Source: Octopus vulgaris
Lineage: Eukaryota
NCBI GenBank assembly: GCA_951406725.2
Contig: OX597817.1
Coordinates: 72,788,001 to 72,852,000 of the forward strand
Reading direction: 5' to 3'
DNA length: 64,000 bases
Part shown: piece by piece, positions 43,677 through 56,500 of the stretch
How positions within the stretch are numbered: the stretch's first letter is position 1
Layout: each line of letters opens with the position of its first letter
Program-made: the position numbers and the translations under genes
The notes under the pieces: generated by a model
Seen by the model: the letters and a program-made list of their open reading frames with translations, nothing else
What the model was told of the DNA's origin: nothing
The model's database searches: none

Positions 43677-43742
43677 CAGTAATTGGGCAAGAGAAAGAAA
43701 AGGAGATTGAGCAAGAAAGAAGGACAGAGACAAGAGAAAAAA

Positions 43743-43788
<46 letters not shown>

Positions 43789-46700
43789 AGAGAAAGAGAG
43801 GCAGAGATAGAGGAAGATGAATAGAGAGAAGGGGACAGAAAGAAAAAGATAGAGTGGAAGAGAAAATAAGAAAATTGGTTTGAATAATTGTGAAATGTAA
43901 CTGTGATGCATACCTAAAAAATAAACAAACAAAAAAACTTTAAAAGACACACAAAAATCAGCAACAAGTGCAATTTATAAAAATGTCATATATTAAAGTA
44001 ACTGAACAGTTAAATTATTTCAGAAATTTATTCTCATCATTATTATCTTTTACTTCTATTTAACTATAAAGAATGAAATGTTTAGCAGTGTCTCTTGTTT
44101 TCTGTTTTTCATGTTCGGGCATGTGTATTCTGTTTTGGTTGTTAAATAAGAACAAAACAAACAAAACCAACAACAGCTAGTATATAATTAAAAAAGAAAA
44201 ACTCCATAATAACAAATTAAGAGAATGTTTTGGGGCAGTGGAAAAAAAAAATGAATGAAATAGAGTTATGTAAAAAAAAAAAAATCAATAAAACTATTAA
44301 AGAAACATGAAACAAAACTATTCCTACCACCACCATCACTAACGGCACCGACGTCTACAATAATAATGAGCCAATGGGGGAGCACATAGAGGTGGCCCAT
44401 GGCCGGTGGGAAATTCTAAATAGCACACCAAGCAAACAAATTACCTTTAGTTTTTCACTGGTATGGCCTACCAGATGAGCTATGTCACATGTAGCCCACT
44501 TCTTAAAAAATAATACTCATGCCTACCTGCTCTAGAAACAGTAGCTAGATTTCAAGTGACTTCCCCACCCCTGTCTTAGAAAAACACAGATTGAACAAAT
44601 GGATCCTTGGCTGCATGCATGCCGATGGGAGAAAAATGATGATATAATTATAGTTGGAACAGCACAGGTCTACTTGGTCAGTACTGACTTGGGGCTAAAT
44701 AACAATAATAATAATGCCAACAAACATTTATTTTAATGAAGTTGAAATGAAATTAAAAACTTCTCTTGCTTGAAACAAATTATACAAAGTACAGTAAAAG
44801 AAAATACTTAGTAAAAAAGTTTATGAAGTGACAAATAAAAGAGACATTAAATAGAAAAATAAAAGATAGAAACTAGTGGAAAGGAGGTGGGAGCTGGTTC
44901 TGAAATTTCAAACTTTATAATTATGATTTGTATGAGATATAGAGAAACAAGCAAAATTGATGAGATAAACTGGTGGATAGAGTCAGCAATAAATAATAAT
45001 TGAAAAAAAGAAAGTACCTCTAACAGAAAAAAAAAAAAAAGAAAGCAAAAGCAAAAATTGGAAGATTAGAGAGCTTGATAAAGTGGAAGAGAAATATCCT
45101 GACCATCCATCACAGACAATAGAAGTCTCGTTTTAGTCAAAGAATAGCAACCATACTGGAGCACCAACTTAAGTGGTACTTCAAACTGATCCCAGTACTT
45201 ATTTTAGGTCTGTTACTTATTCTGTGAGGGAACCAGTAACACAGTGATGATGATGTCATATCTGCTGTTGATAACTTTTTTGACAAACAAGCTAAAAGCT
45301 TCTTCATCAATAGGATCCAAATACTGCAACTAATGGAAGAAGTGTGTGGACTGCAAAGGGGACTATACTGAGAAATAAACTTCATTTTGTGACATTCTAT
45401 GATAGCATCTTGGTCAGCCTATGAACTTTTCAGCTGACCCTTGTATTTTCTTCTTTTTACTGAACTGCTTAGATATGAGGGAAATAAACAAACCATCAAT
45501 AATTATCAAGCAGTGAGAGACAAACTACACACATACAGAGTACATCATTATTGTTTTGATGTCCACTTTTCCATACTTCCCATCCTATTGCCAGCCTGAT
45601 ACTTGTTTCCAAGAAAGGTAATATTTCACCATGGCCAAAAATGTTTTTGCAGAGTACAGGAAATGGATGACATTCATTTACAATAATTACGCAATGTCAA
45701 TACAAGGAAACGCAAACAGACATATATGCATGTGAGTGTGCACACACACACACACATTAAAAGAAAGAAAGAGAGAGATAGAGGATGGTTTCTTTTATAT
45801 TTTAGCTTCCAAATTCACTCACAAGGCTTTGGTTGGCCCAAGGCCATAGAAAACACTCACTCAAAGTGCTTTGGATTTGGACTGAACCTAAAATCATGAA
45901 GGTTGGAAAGCAAACTTCTTACCACAAAGATGGGACTGTGCCTGTCACGTGTGTGTGTGTGTGACTGTATAATGCTGCACAGCTTCTGTTTACCAGATTC
46001 ACTCATAGCACACTACAGGCTACAGTAGAAGACACCTGCCCAAGGCATCGTGCAGTGGGACAGAGCCTGCCTGAAACAGTGCATCTGCAAAGTAAACCTC
46101 TTACCAACACAGTCATGTCTATATCAATGAATATGTACAGATAATAACACTGAAATGGTATGTGACTAGTTGGGAACCTTGAGCCTGTAACAGAGCAAAT
46201 AAATCAATGAGACAGACTTCTAATAATTCTACCAATTCATTAATGTAGATTGGTACTTCCTTTTTTTTTTTTTTATCAGCCTTGAAAGGAAGAAAGCTGA
46301 CTTCAGTAGGATTTGAACTCAGCAGGCAGAGAGTCAGAACAAATCTATCTAACATTCTAATGACAGTTACTCTTTAACTAGTTTCAGCCCAGAGCTGCAG
46401 GCATGTTTGGGCACCACTGTTAGAGTGAGATGCTTCTAGCACCTAGGTTTCCCAAAGTGGTCATCCATCTAAGTACTCACTAGGCTCAACGTTGCTTAAC
46501 TTTGTTATCAGACAAGAACTGGTGCATTCAACTTCACTATTGTTGTTGTTGTTGTTGTTGGCTTTGTGTTGCTTAACAACTGAAACAAAACACATGCTCT
46601 GAAGGTAGTCTAGCCAAGACCATGCCCTGTAGAGAGGCAATGGTCTTGGTTGGACAGCCTATGATCAGATAAAAGTCTGCTTGATCAGAGCTGACCTGGG

Positions 46701-48937
46701 GTTAAATAACAACAACAACAACAACAGCTGCCACCATCATTATCGTATCCACTGCCACCACAACAATGAATCACGAGATTAAGAACTTGTTAAAATATTA
46801 AAAAAAGTAGTAATAGAGACAGAAACAAGAAAGTTTGTAAACAGTGAATTAAGTTATCCCACTATGAACACAACTAAGAAAACAAAAAATGGTAAAAAAT
46901 ACAATCTTTATCAAATAATCACTGGAACTCTCACTTACTCCCTCCCTGTCTCTTCCTCAATCTCATGTGTAATTTATTAGCAGAGTTGCTTGAGGACAAT
47001 TTCTGTGTTTCACATTAGTTTGGTAATTGGTTTCACAGAATAAATTTTATTGTTTTCATACAATTTTTCTGTCCATTGAATAATAATGAATGCTTCTTCA
47101 GACAATGGAATTTCTTGGGCCAACTTTACATTTCACATAATTTTTGTTGTTGTTACCATTGTTATTAAGCCTTCCAGGTCGGCCCTGATTGTGCAAACCT
47201 GTGATGAAAGATGTTCCAGCTGTGACCATTCATTTTCATATTTGGTAATAGTGTATCTAAGACTACATTATCTAAAGTTTCTTTCTTGGTTGTTTTTTTT
47301 TCTTATGATGGCAGGATGTGGTTCAAGGGAGATTTAGGTCTGTTTCTATCAGGTCAAGCTACTACATAAAGGTGTCCTCACAACCTCATATCATGTTTTG
47401 TGGTGAGGTATTTAAATGATTACTAGTGCTACCACCACCATCATCACAGTCAAGTTTACTTAGCAAACTTTTAGAAGGGTTTTAACAGTAAAATGAAATG
47501 CTGGTGATCATGATCATCCCTATTATCATTTCATTGTAGAAGAAAAATGATACCAGGTGTTTCAAAATTAGGGCTTAACTCTTCTGGTACCAAAATGCTT
47601 GGGATTACTCCTGGTTCTTAGTTGCAAACTTTTTGCTTTCAAGATATTTAAGTTAACACTTTTCATTGAAATTTCACGTTAATTTATGTTTCAAATACCA
47701 GCTTAGGTTGGATTGGATTGCCTATGTTCAGTCCACTGCAGAACAAAGGCATCAGCATGTTTTCTCCACCAACCATGGACTGATGTGGAGATTGTGAATT
47801 TGAGCTTAAGATCATGCTGGTTTTATGAGCCTTCTCTGCCACACTGACTTGACATGGCTTGGCAGAGGGGTGCAGTTTTTTTATACTCTTTCCCAGGATT
47901 AGTTAAGTTAATTACATCGACCTTGGTGCTCAACTGATACTTATTTTATCAACCCTGAAAGGATGAAAGGCAAAGTTGACACAGCATAATTTGAATTCAG
48001 AACATATGGACAGACAAAATACCACTTAGAAGTTTGCCTGGCATGCTAACAATTCTGCCAGCTTAATAATAGCAAGATTATTTTACTAAATTCTCTTTTT
48101 TTTTATTAACTGAAATAATAGCAGTGTATTTCAGCAGGAATATGGTAATAAAAGAAGTTTAAAATATGTAGTTCCTAATTTTTATGACAATAAAGCATTT
48201 ATAGAAAGAGATTTAAAAGTGACACCGAAGCAGGAAGTTCTCAGCCTCTAGTGTCTGTTTGATAGAGCCCAAGCTAGGCTTTGATCAAGAAGATATATGA
48301 TCAAATCCATGACCATCCAGTATTCTTCTTTCAGAAGGAGTGTAACTAGCAATACATTAATAAATGTATTTGTGAGGTTTTTGCTTGCTAGTTTTTTCTT
48401 TCTTTTTTTTTTATAAAATTTTTTTTTCTCCTTAAAATAGCAAAGTCTAGCTGGAAGGATATTTGGCAAATTGAGCAACCATGTGAAGACTCCCTAAGCA
48501 GAAGCTGTGAAAAAATGTCCAAGTTTGCAGGAAGCAGACTGACAGTATTGCCTTATAAGTATTTGGACAATGGATTAACTGCTCAAATTACTTACAATAA
48601 GTGTGTGAGTGTGTGTGTGTGTGTATGGATACACACACACACACACACACACACACATGTGTATCTATCTGTCTATGACTATGTATTTATGTATCAAATA
48701 CATGCCACTGGTCACTCATGGGTTATTTCTTTTAGATTCATTTCATTTATATAAATTATCTATTCAATAAATGTGTTCTACTCTTTTTTTTATATATATA
48801 TGAATAAATAAATGGAGTTTAACGCAGTGTAAATCAAATATTTTTACTTTCGACACATGTTTCGAAAATTTTACTACCCTGGTAACTATTTATTTATTTT
48901 TTCTGTGTTAATTATTAACAAGGTAAAAATACACTCA

Positions 48938-48992
<55 letters not shown>

Positions 48993-51900
48993 ATACGTAT
49001 AAGTGTCCCGTCTGCTGGAGATAAGGCAGTACAATCACTTTGCTGATGATGTCTGTTGAGGCAGAACCACATGCTCACAACTGCTCTCATGTCTCTAAAA
49101 CCTTTTGATACCAACCCGGCTGAAACCACCTCTAGCTCTGTAGTACAAATGTCTTGTTTTCAAAAGTTCTGAATTGAAATCTTCCACCAAACCTTAGTCA
49201 CAATTTATGTTCCTAACAATAGCTTAATGATAACTAAGTTATTTTACTAAATTCTTTGTTATATTTAAAATTAATTGAAAGAAACACAGAGTATCTCAAC
49301 AGAAATATGGTAATGAAAGGATTAATGGCATGTCAATTTTATAGAAATCTTGATTCTTTAGGTTATCTCCCCTTCTCATTTAGAGTTTGGTGCCAATAGC
49401 CATGAAGTGACTGGCCTACTCTCTCTAGAAGCAGAGATCATTTTAATAAACCAAGAACTTATCTTGAATGTTATTTAGCATGTTAACTGTTATGCTCTTT
49501 TACTGGAACTTGTGTGATGTTTCTGATGAAGCACAAGCGATACATGTGGTGGTTAACATGTTAATATACTCTTACTTGTCTCTGTTGTTCAAACACATGT
49601 TACTTGCCAACTAAGGGGTCCTGGGTTCAGTCCCCCAGTGTAGCAACTTTAGCAAGTGCCTTCTATAACCCCAGGTCGATCAAAGTCTTATGAGTGGATT
49701 TACGCAGAAACTGAAAGAAGCCTGTCATGTATGTATGTGTGTTTGTGCTTGTCCCCACCATTGCTTCACAACTGATGTTTGTTTGTTTATGTCCTCAAAT
49801 TTTAATAGTTTGGCAAAAGAGAAGGATAGAATAAGCAATTTATTTGACTAAAACTGTTTAAGGTGGTGCCCCAGCATGGTCATGATCCAGTTACTGAAAC
49901 AAGTAAAAAAAATAAAAGATATGTTCCTATGTGGTAAGAAGCTTGCTTCCCAACCACATGGTTTTGGGTTCAGTTCCACTGCATGACACCTTGGGCAAGT
50001 GTTTTCTACTATAGCCTTGGGCTGACCAAAGCCTTGTGAGTGGACTAGGTAAAGGGAAACTGAAAGAAGCCTGTCATATGTGTATGTGTGTGTATTTATC
50101 TCCCATCACCACTTGACAACTGGTGTGTTTACATTTTTGCAACCGCTAGAATAAGTACCAGGCTTAAAAAAAATAAGTGCAGGGGTCGAATCATTTGATT
50201 AAAAATTCTTCAAGGCAGTGCCCGAGCATGGCCGTAGTCTAATGACTGGAACAAGTAAAAGATAAGATATGTGTATATACAAACATACACATATACTCAT
50301 GTGCTCTTTCTCTCACATGCACACACATATAGATACAAACACACACACACACACACAAACAGCTGTGGTATTTGTTACCAGATATTAAAGGCTGGGTAAA
50401 GTTCAAATCAAAATAGATGGATGTTTTACAATTGTACAATATATGAAGTATTTGTGTGGGAAGGAGGGATCACTTAGAAAAATGAGAGCTGGAAGTGACC
50501 TTGGAAGGCCTTAGCAAAGTGTTGTATTTTAAGCAAACAATTTGTTTTTAAACATATGTCAAGTTTACCATAAAGCTAATGTTACATTTTGTATTGATGT
50601 TTGAAACAGAAATAAAACTGTTTTATAACATAAAAACAAAACAAAATAAAAAAAAAACAAGCAATTTAAAGCTGAATAATACATTCTGTGACACCGTTTT
50701 GTTTATTACAGGTTGATTATCCTATGTTTAATAAGGACGTTTATGAAAGAAAGGATGGAGAGCTTTTAAGTAACATGAAGGAGATATGAATTATGGAAAT
50801 AAATTTTGTTTTAATAGATGCAGGTATGGTTATGTGGTTAAGAAGTTTGCTCCTCAACCATGCGGGTTCAGGTTCAATCATACTATGTGGTACCTTGGGC
50901 AAGCATATTCTATAGCACTGGATTGCCTAATGTTTAGCGAGTGAATTTGGCAGATAGAAACAGTGAAGAAGCCTGTTGTGTGTGTATGTGTGTCTGTGTG
51001 CATGCATGTATTTTTGTGTTGCATATATTTGTCACCACTTGATGATCAGGTTGGTTTCTATCCCTTTATCTTAGAAGTTCAGCAAAAAGAATACAACACA
51101 ATAAATACCATTCTTAAAACAAGTACTAGAGTCAATGTAATTGACTAAACCATCCTTCAAAGCCTATCCTATAATGGCCACAATTCCATGCTTCAAACAA
51201 GTAAAAGAATAAAGGAATACAAACTGAATAAAATTAGACCCTGATGTGGTCTCTCAATATGCCAGAAATAGAAGCTAAATTTCTCCCAAATCATGCCCTA
51301 TTGTCTAAAATCAGGAAGAACACATTAGGTAATGTGATTCTAGACAGACAAAATGGTCATGAATGAAATGTTTTTTTAATCATAATGCTCTACAGCAGTA
51401 GACAGAGCATCTATAAGAACAATGGCAAAGTCATCATCATCATTCATTCATTATCTTTTTTCCATGCTGGCATGGGTTGGACAGATCTGAAAAGATCTGA
51501 TAAGCCATAAGATTACATAATGCTCCAGGTCAGCCTTGGCACGGTTTCTACACCTGGATGCCCTTCCTAAAGCCAACCACTTTACAATGTATGCTGCTTT
51601 TTGTTCTTTTTTTTTCTTCTATTTTGTGCTGTTGGCACTAGTGAGGTTGCTAAATAACTTGTGAGATAAGAATAAGGAAAAAGGGGGGGGAAAGGGAAAA
51701 GCCCTCTTGACTAAGTAGGTGGAATGTATGAAAGAGTGAAGAGGTAGTTTTAAGCCAGGGACAAGCAGAAGATGCTATAAAGTAAGTGAAACCTGTAGAA
51801 AAGGGAAATCCAGGAAGACACTGGATGAAGTAGTGAAGGCTGATCTCTTAAAAGCTAGCATCTAAAATAACATTGTTATTCTTATATTCCTTGTCAGTTG

Positions 51901-52774
51901 ATATCAAGAGTGAATTAGTTGGTTTAATGTAAGGTTAAACAAATAAACAAAAAAAAAAAAAGAAACACAAAACAACTAGAAAAACAATAAATGAAAATAA
52001 TAATTAAACAATTACAAAAAAAACCCCAACAGATAAAGCTCAAAGAAAAGACAGAAAAATACGATAACTCTCCTAAAATATATTCAATATCTTATTTAAA
52101 GATGTACCCATGTTGTTTTCTGGTAATTGGTAATCTCTCTCATTTCCTTCCTCAACTAATTCTTGGCTTTCATAACAATGATTAGAAAAATTATATGGAA
52201 AAAAAAAAAAAGGAGAAAACAGTGGGGAAAACAGAGAAAGGAAAAGAGAAGCAAAATAATAAAGAGATAAAGAAAAGGATGGAGAAAAAGAGAGGTGACT
52301 GTGGGAGAAATAATAATTTGGCAGCTGCAAGATTCTGTTATGTTGCTGTGTGTGCGTGTGTGTGTGTTTCATTGAATGTTTTGTTGGAATATACATTTTT
52401 CTTTTTTTTTTTTCTTTTTTATTCACTTTGTCTAACTGTTGGTTTCTAAACTTTTATTCAGAGGAAATGGCAAACTGAACACCAGAAACAAATAACAATA
52501 AAACAGAAACAAAGCAAAAAAAGAAACAAAAAAACTGAAAATAAAAGAATTCCCCTATTAGTCACAATAAGTTAATTGCAATACACACAAACACACACAC
52601 ACCAAAAAATAAATATAAATATATAGATAAAAGGCTGCAATAATTAACAAAATACCGCATCTTAATTGAGAATCGTCCAACAATGGATGGATATAATACA
52701 TACACACAGACATATATGTATGTATGTATGTATGTATGTAGGTATGTATGTAGGTATGTATGTAGGTATGCATG

Positions 52775-52844
<70 letters not shown>

Positions 52845-53413
52845 TAGATAGAGGAATAGACAGAAGTGTATGCGTGTGTGTGTTGGAAACCAGTCCAACC
52901 CCTACGTTCGGTGGAACTTGTTGGACAGTCAAAACCTTGCTAGCAGTGAATATGAAAGGTAAATGATAATGATGATTATGATGAAATATTGTGTGTGTGT
53001 GTATGTATATATATTCATACACACACATAAGCCATACATAGATATATATCATATGTATACATGTGTGCATATCATTCTAATATCTACTTCTCTATGCTAG
53101 CATGGATCCAGATGAATGTTCAAGTACACACAAATATGGGTGAAATCTAATTTTATATTTGCGTTTGTCTATGCTTATATGTGTATGTATATATCATCAT
53201 CATCATCATCATCATCATTTAGCGTCCGTTTTCCATGCTAGCATGGGTTGGACGGTTCTACTGGGGTCTGAAGCCAGAAGGCTTCATCAGGCCCAGTCAA
53301 ATCTGGCAGTGTTTCTACGGCTGGATGCCCTTCCTAACGCCAACCACTCCGTGAGTGTAGTGGGTGCTTTTTACGTGCCACCCGCACTGGTGCCAGACAG
53401 AGCTGGCAAACGG

Positions 53414-53509
<96 letters not shown>

Positions 53510-56500
53510 TACATCAACTTATGATTTAATTTTAAGTTTACACACTATCCTTTATTGCATGTATATTTATGCATACACACATATATATATATATCTTATA
53601 AGGGATGGTATGGAAAGTTAAAATTAAATTTTAAGTTTACATATATACATATATATATACATGCACATATACACCCATAACCATATATGCACACATACAC
53701 ATTTACACTACAACTGTATATACACATGCACACAAACATACATATACATCTATATGTGTATGTATGTTTATGAATACATACACACACATACATGTGTAAT
53801 ATTTAAAATTAGATTAATTAAAAAACAAAAAAATTCAGATTAAGATTCACAGATTAGCAAACACTGAATTAAATTAACAATTAAATGATTTAGTTTGGTG
53901 GATCTCCTATGAAATCTTTAGTTTGGGAGTTTTAACAATCAACACATCAAATAGTGTAGCCTAGCAACCAGCTTGATGGATTTGCTATGAACCTCACTTT
54001 AAGTAGGCAAATTAACAACCAGTTCCATTTAGAGACAGTAACTTAGCAATTATGTTGTTGAAGATACTCGGCAAACATTTCTCATTTAAACAGCACAGAA
54101 ATGCCATCCTCTAGAAAATTAATAGTTAGTGTTAACATGTTTAAGGCAGGAAGAATTAAAAAGCTAACTAGAAATATGTGATGAGAAAAAAAAAAAAATC
54201 TAATAATAATAATATGATGATGATGATGATAATAATAAACAAAAATGTCAGTGATTGATATGTTTAATTTCTATGTATAGCAGACAACCTCCAATGTTTC
54301 TGCTTATTCTAACTCCAACAGTGAGACATAGCTTTTGCCATTCTTGGTGAAGTAGTATTGAATGAATCACTAGGTGACGATACAAGATTGTACATTTATT
54401 GTGAGGATGTAGCAGGGCCAGATGGTTAAGCTGTTTGCTCTGCAGTTACAAGATTCTGAGTTCAATGCCAATGTGTAACATCGGGGGTATGTGTCCCTTT
54501 ATTATAGTTTTGTGTTGACCCACGTTCTTAGAGTGCACCAGTAATTTAAAGGTCCAGCGGTGTCCAACTGCATTGCAGTTATTGTGCCTAAGAATTACAC
54601 AAGTCAGAGGAATACTCAGCCACTTAACATGCAGGCAATTCAGTTGAGCAAACAACTGAACATTCACTGTCAACCCCAGCAGAGATCCATTTGCTTTTTA
54701 CATTCATTATCTCTCTCTCTCTCTCTTTGCCATACCTACAGGCGTCAGTGGTCATGGACCTCCATACCCAAATCTAAAAGTTCATGATCTTTTTCTTAGG
54801 AAGCATATTGCTATGGCTTCCTGTTGCCTTCTATCGGTTTATTTACAGCTTACTCTGCTTGAATCCTGCTCTCCCAAGCTCATCTTTGAGGCACAGAGCA
54901 AGGGAACTGCTTCACATGATATCATAGCATGTACACACACTTGTAGGCTTATGTGATACAAGTCTATAGCACCAGCCCTCCACTGAATCTAGAGTGTCTT
55001 AGCCACAGGATCACCTTCTTCTATGTGACCATAGCTGGAGCCCTTGACAGGTACTACCACCCCATGTCAGAGCAGAATTGAGTGTAATAGTAACTAAGGA
55101 GTAACTCTATACTCTGCAAAATTCCTGAACTCCTGTTGCTCAAGACACCTTGTATATTTATTAGGTGATAAATTCACCAATATTTTACAAGTATAATGAA
55201 AGCTATGCTTCTTGGATAAAGTCAATATTATACCAAAACATGTTCACAATTGTCTCTTGTACTACCAGGTAAAATGAAAATAATATGTTGTTGAAAAATA
55301 TTGTTTTATTTATTTTTTCCTAACTGCATATTTATTTCTAGTTATTTTCACTATTGAAGAGAAATTTAACGACTTCATTGGAAAAATTAATTATTTACTA
55401 ATATATTCTGCAGCTGACAGAGCAGATTTGAAATGACCAGGTGGTAATGATTTGAGGCTTCCAAGTGAAAGACCTTAAGTTCAAATTCATTGCAAGCATT
55501 TTTCATTGTAGATTTGAGAAATGCACTTAATTCTACAGTTCATCTAGCTGTCTTAATCCTTTTCATATCAGCCCAACTGAGACAGCCATTCATTCTATGA
55601 TACAAATCCTATGTTTTTAAGTGAGCTAAATTAAAACCTTCCATTACAATTTTATGTTAATTTATTTTCCAAAAAAAAAAAAAATAATAATAATAAAAAT
55701 AAACAGATTAATAATGACAAAGTTATTTTACAAAATTCTTCATTATTTTCAAAATTTACTAAAACAAAGGCAGTGTACTTCAACAAAAATATGGTAACAA
55801 AAGGATTAAGTAGGTAAATGAGAATGTTTACAGATATCATTTCGATTACTGTACTATCCACAAGGAAATTCATCTCCGATTTGTCTCACATCATATCAAG
55901 AAACAGGAGTTAAGCATTAAACCATACACTCAAACTAAGAAGACATACTGCTTGACTATCTTTTGATCCTCAAATAATCTATAATCATTTAACCTCAGAT
56001 CAGTCTTGAGTGAGCAGACAAATGATCAAATACATTCCAGCTATGACCTCTACATCTTTTCCCCCTATACAAGGAATGCAAGACAACAGCATCCAGTGTC
56101 TTCTTCTTGGAGGCAGATTTGGCTGCTTTTCCTAGCAGGTCAAATGACCATAGAGAGGTTCCCCTGCTGTTTCATGCTGAATTAAATCTAATTTACAGGT
56201 TACAGAAACATCACATTTTACTAATTATATATCTCTCATGTCAGGATCTAAACAAATATATATATATATATCGGCGGGGGGGGGGATACAAAATAAATAC
56301 CTGAAAATGTGTCTCAATGCTCTACTTTGATATAGTTATACATAAACAAACAAAAAAAAAACAGGACAGTTATGGCCAAAATAGTTTTGATTGTAGATAT
56401 GCTAAATCAGAACTGACTTGGGGCAAAACAATAACAACATCAACAAATGCTCTATTTATGGACAATAGAAGATATAAGCCAATGAGATATCTCAATATGT

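Noticed and set aside
46431-46532. Functional 5S rRNA gene
   Set aside because: The 5' end is missing, there are many CpG-decay substitutions, it has no oligo-T terminator and it is not in an array.
49523-49548. Minimal hammerhead-like CTGATGA-AGCACAAGC-GATACATGT
   Set aside because: The core has GATA instead of GAAA and no clear stem I or cleavage triplet; at best a decayed relic.
52558-53843. Long low-complexity ORFs (YIYI, HTHT, SLSL), also at 29907-30358 and 43485-43950
   Set aside because: These are stop-free by-products of di- and tetranucleotide repeats.
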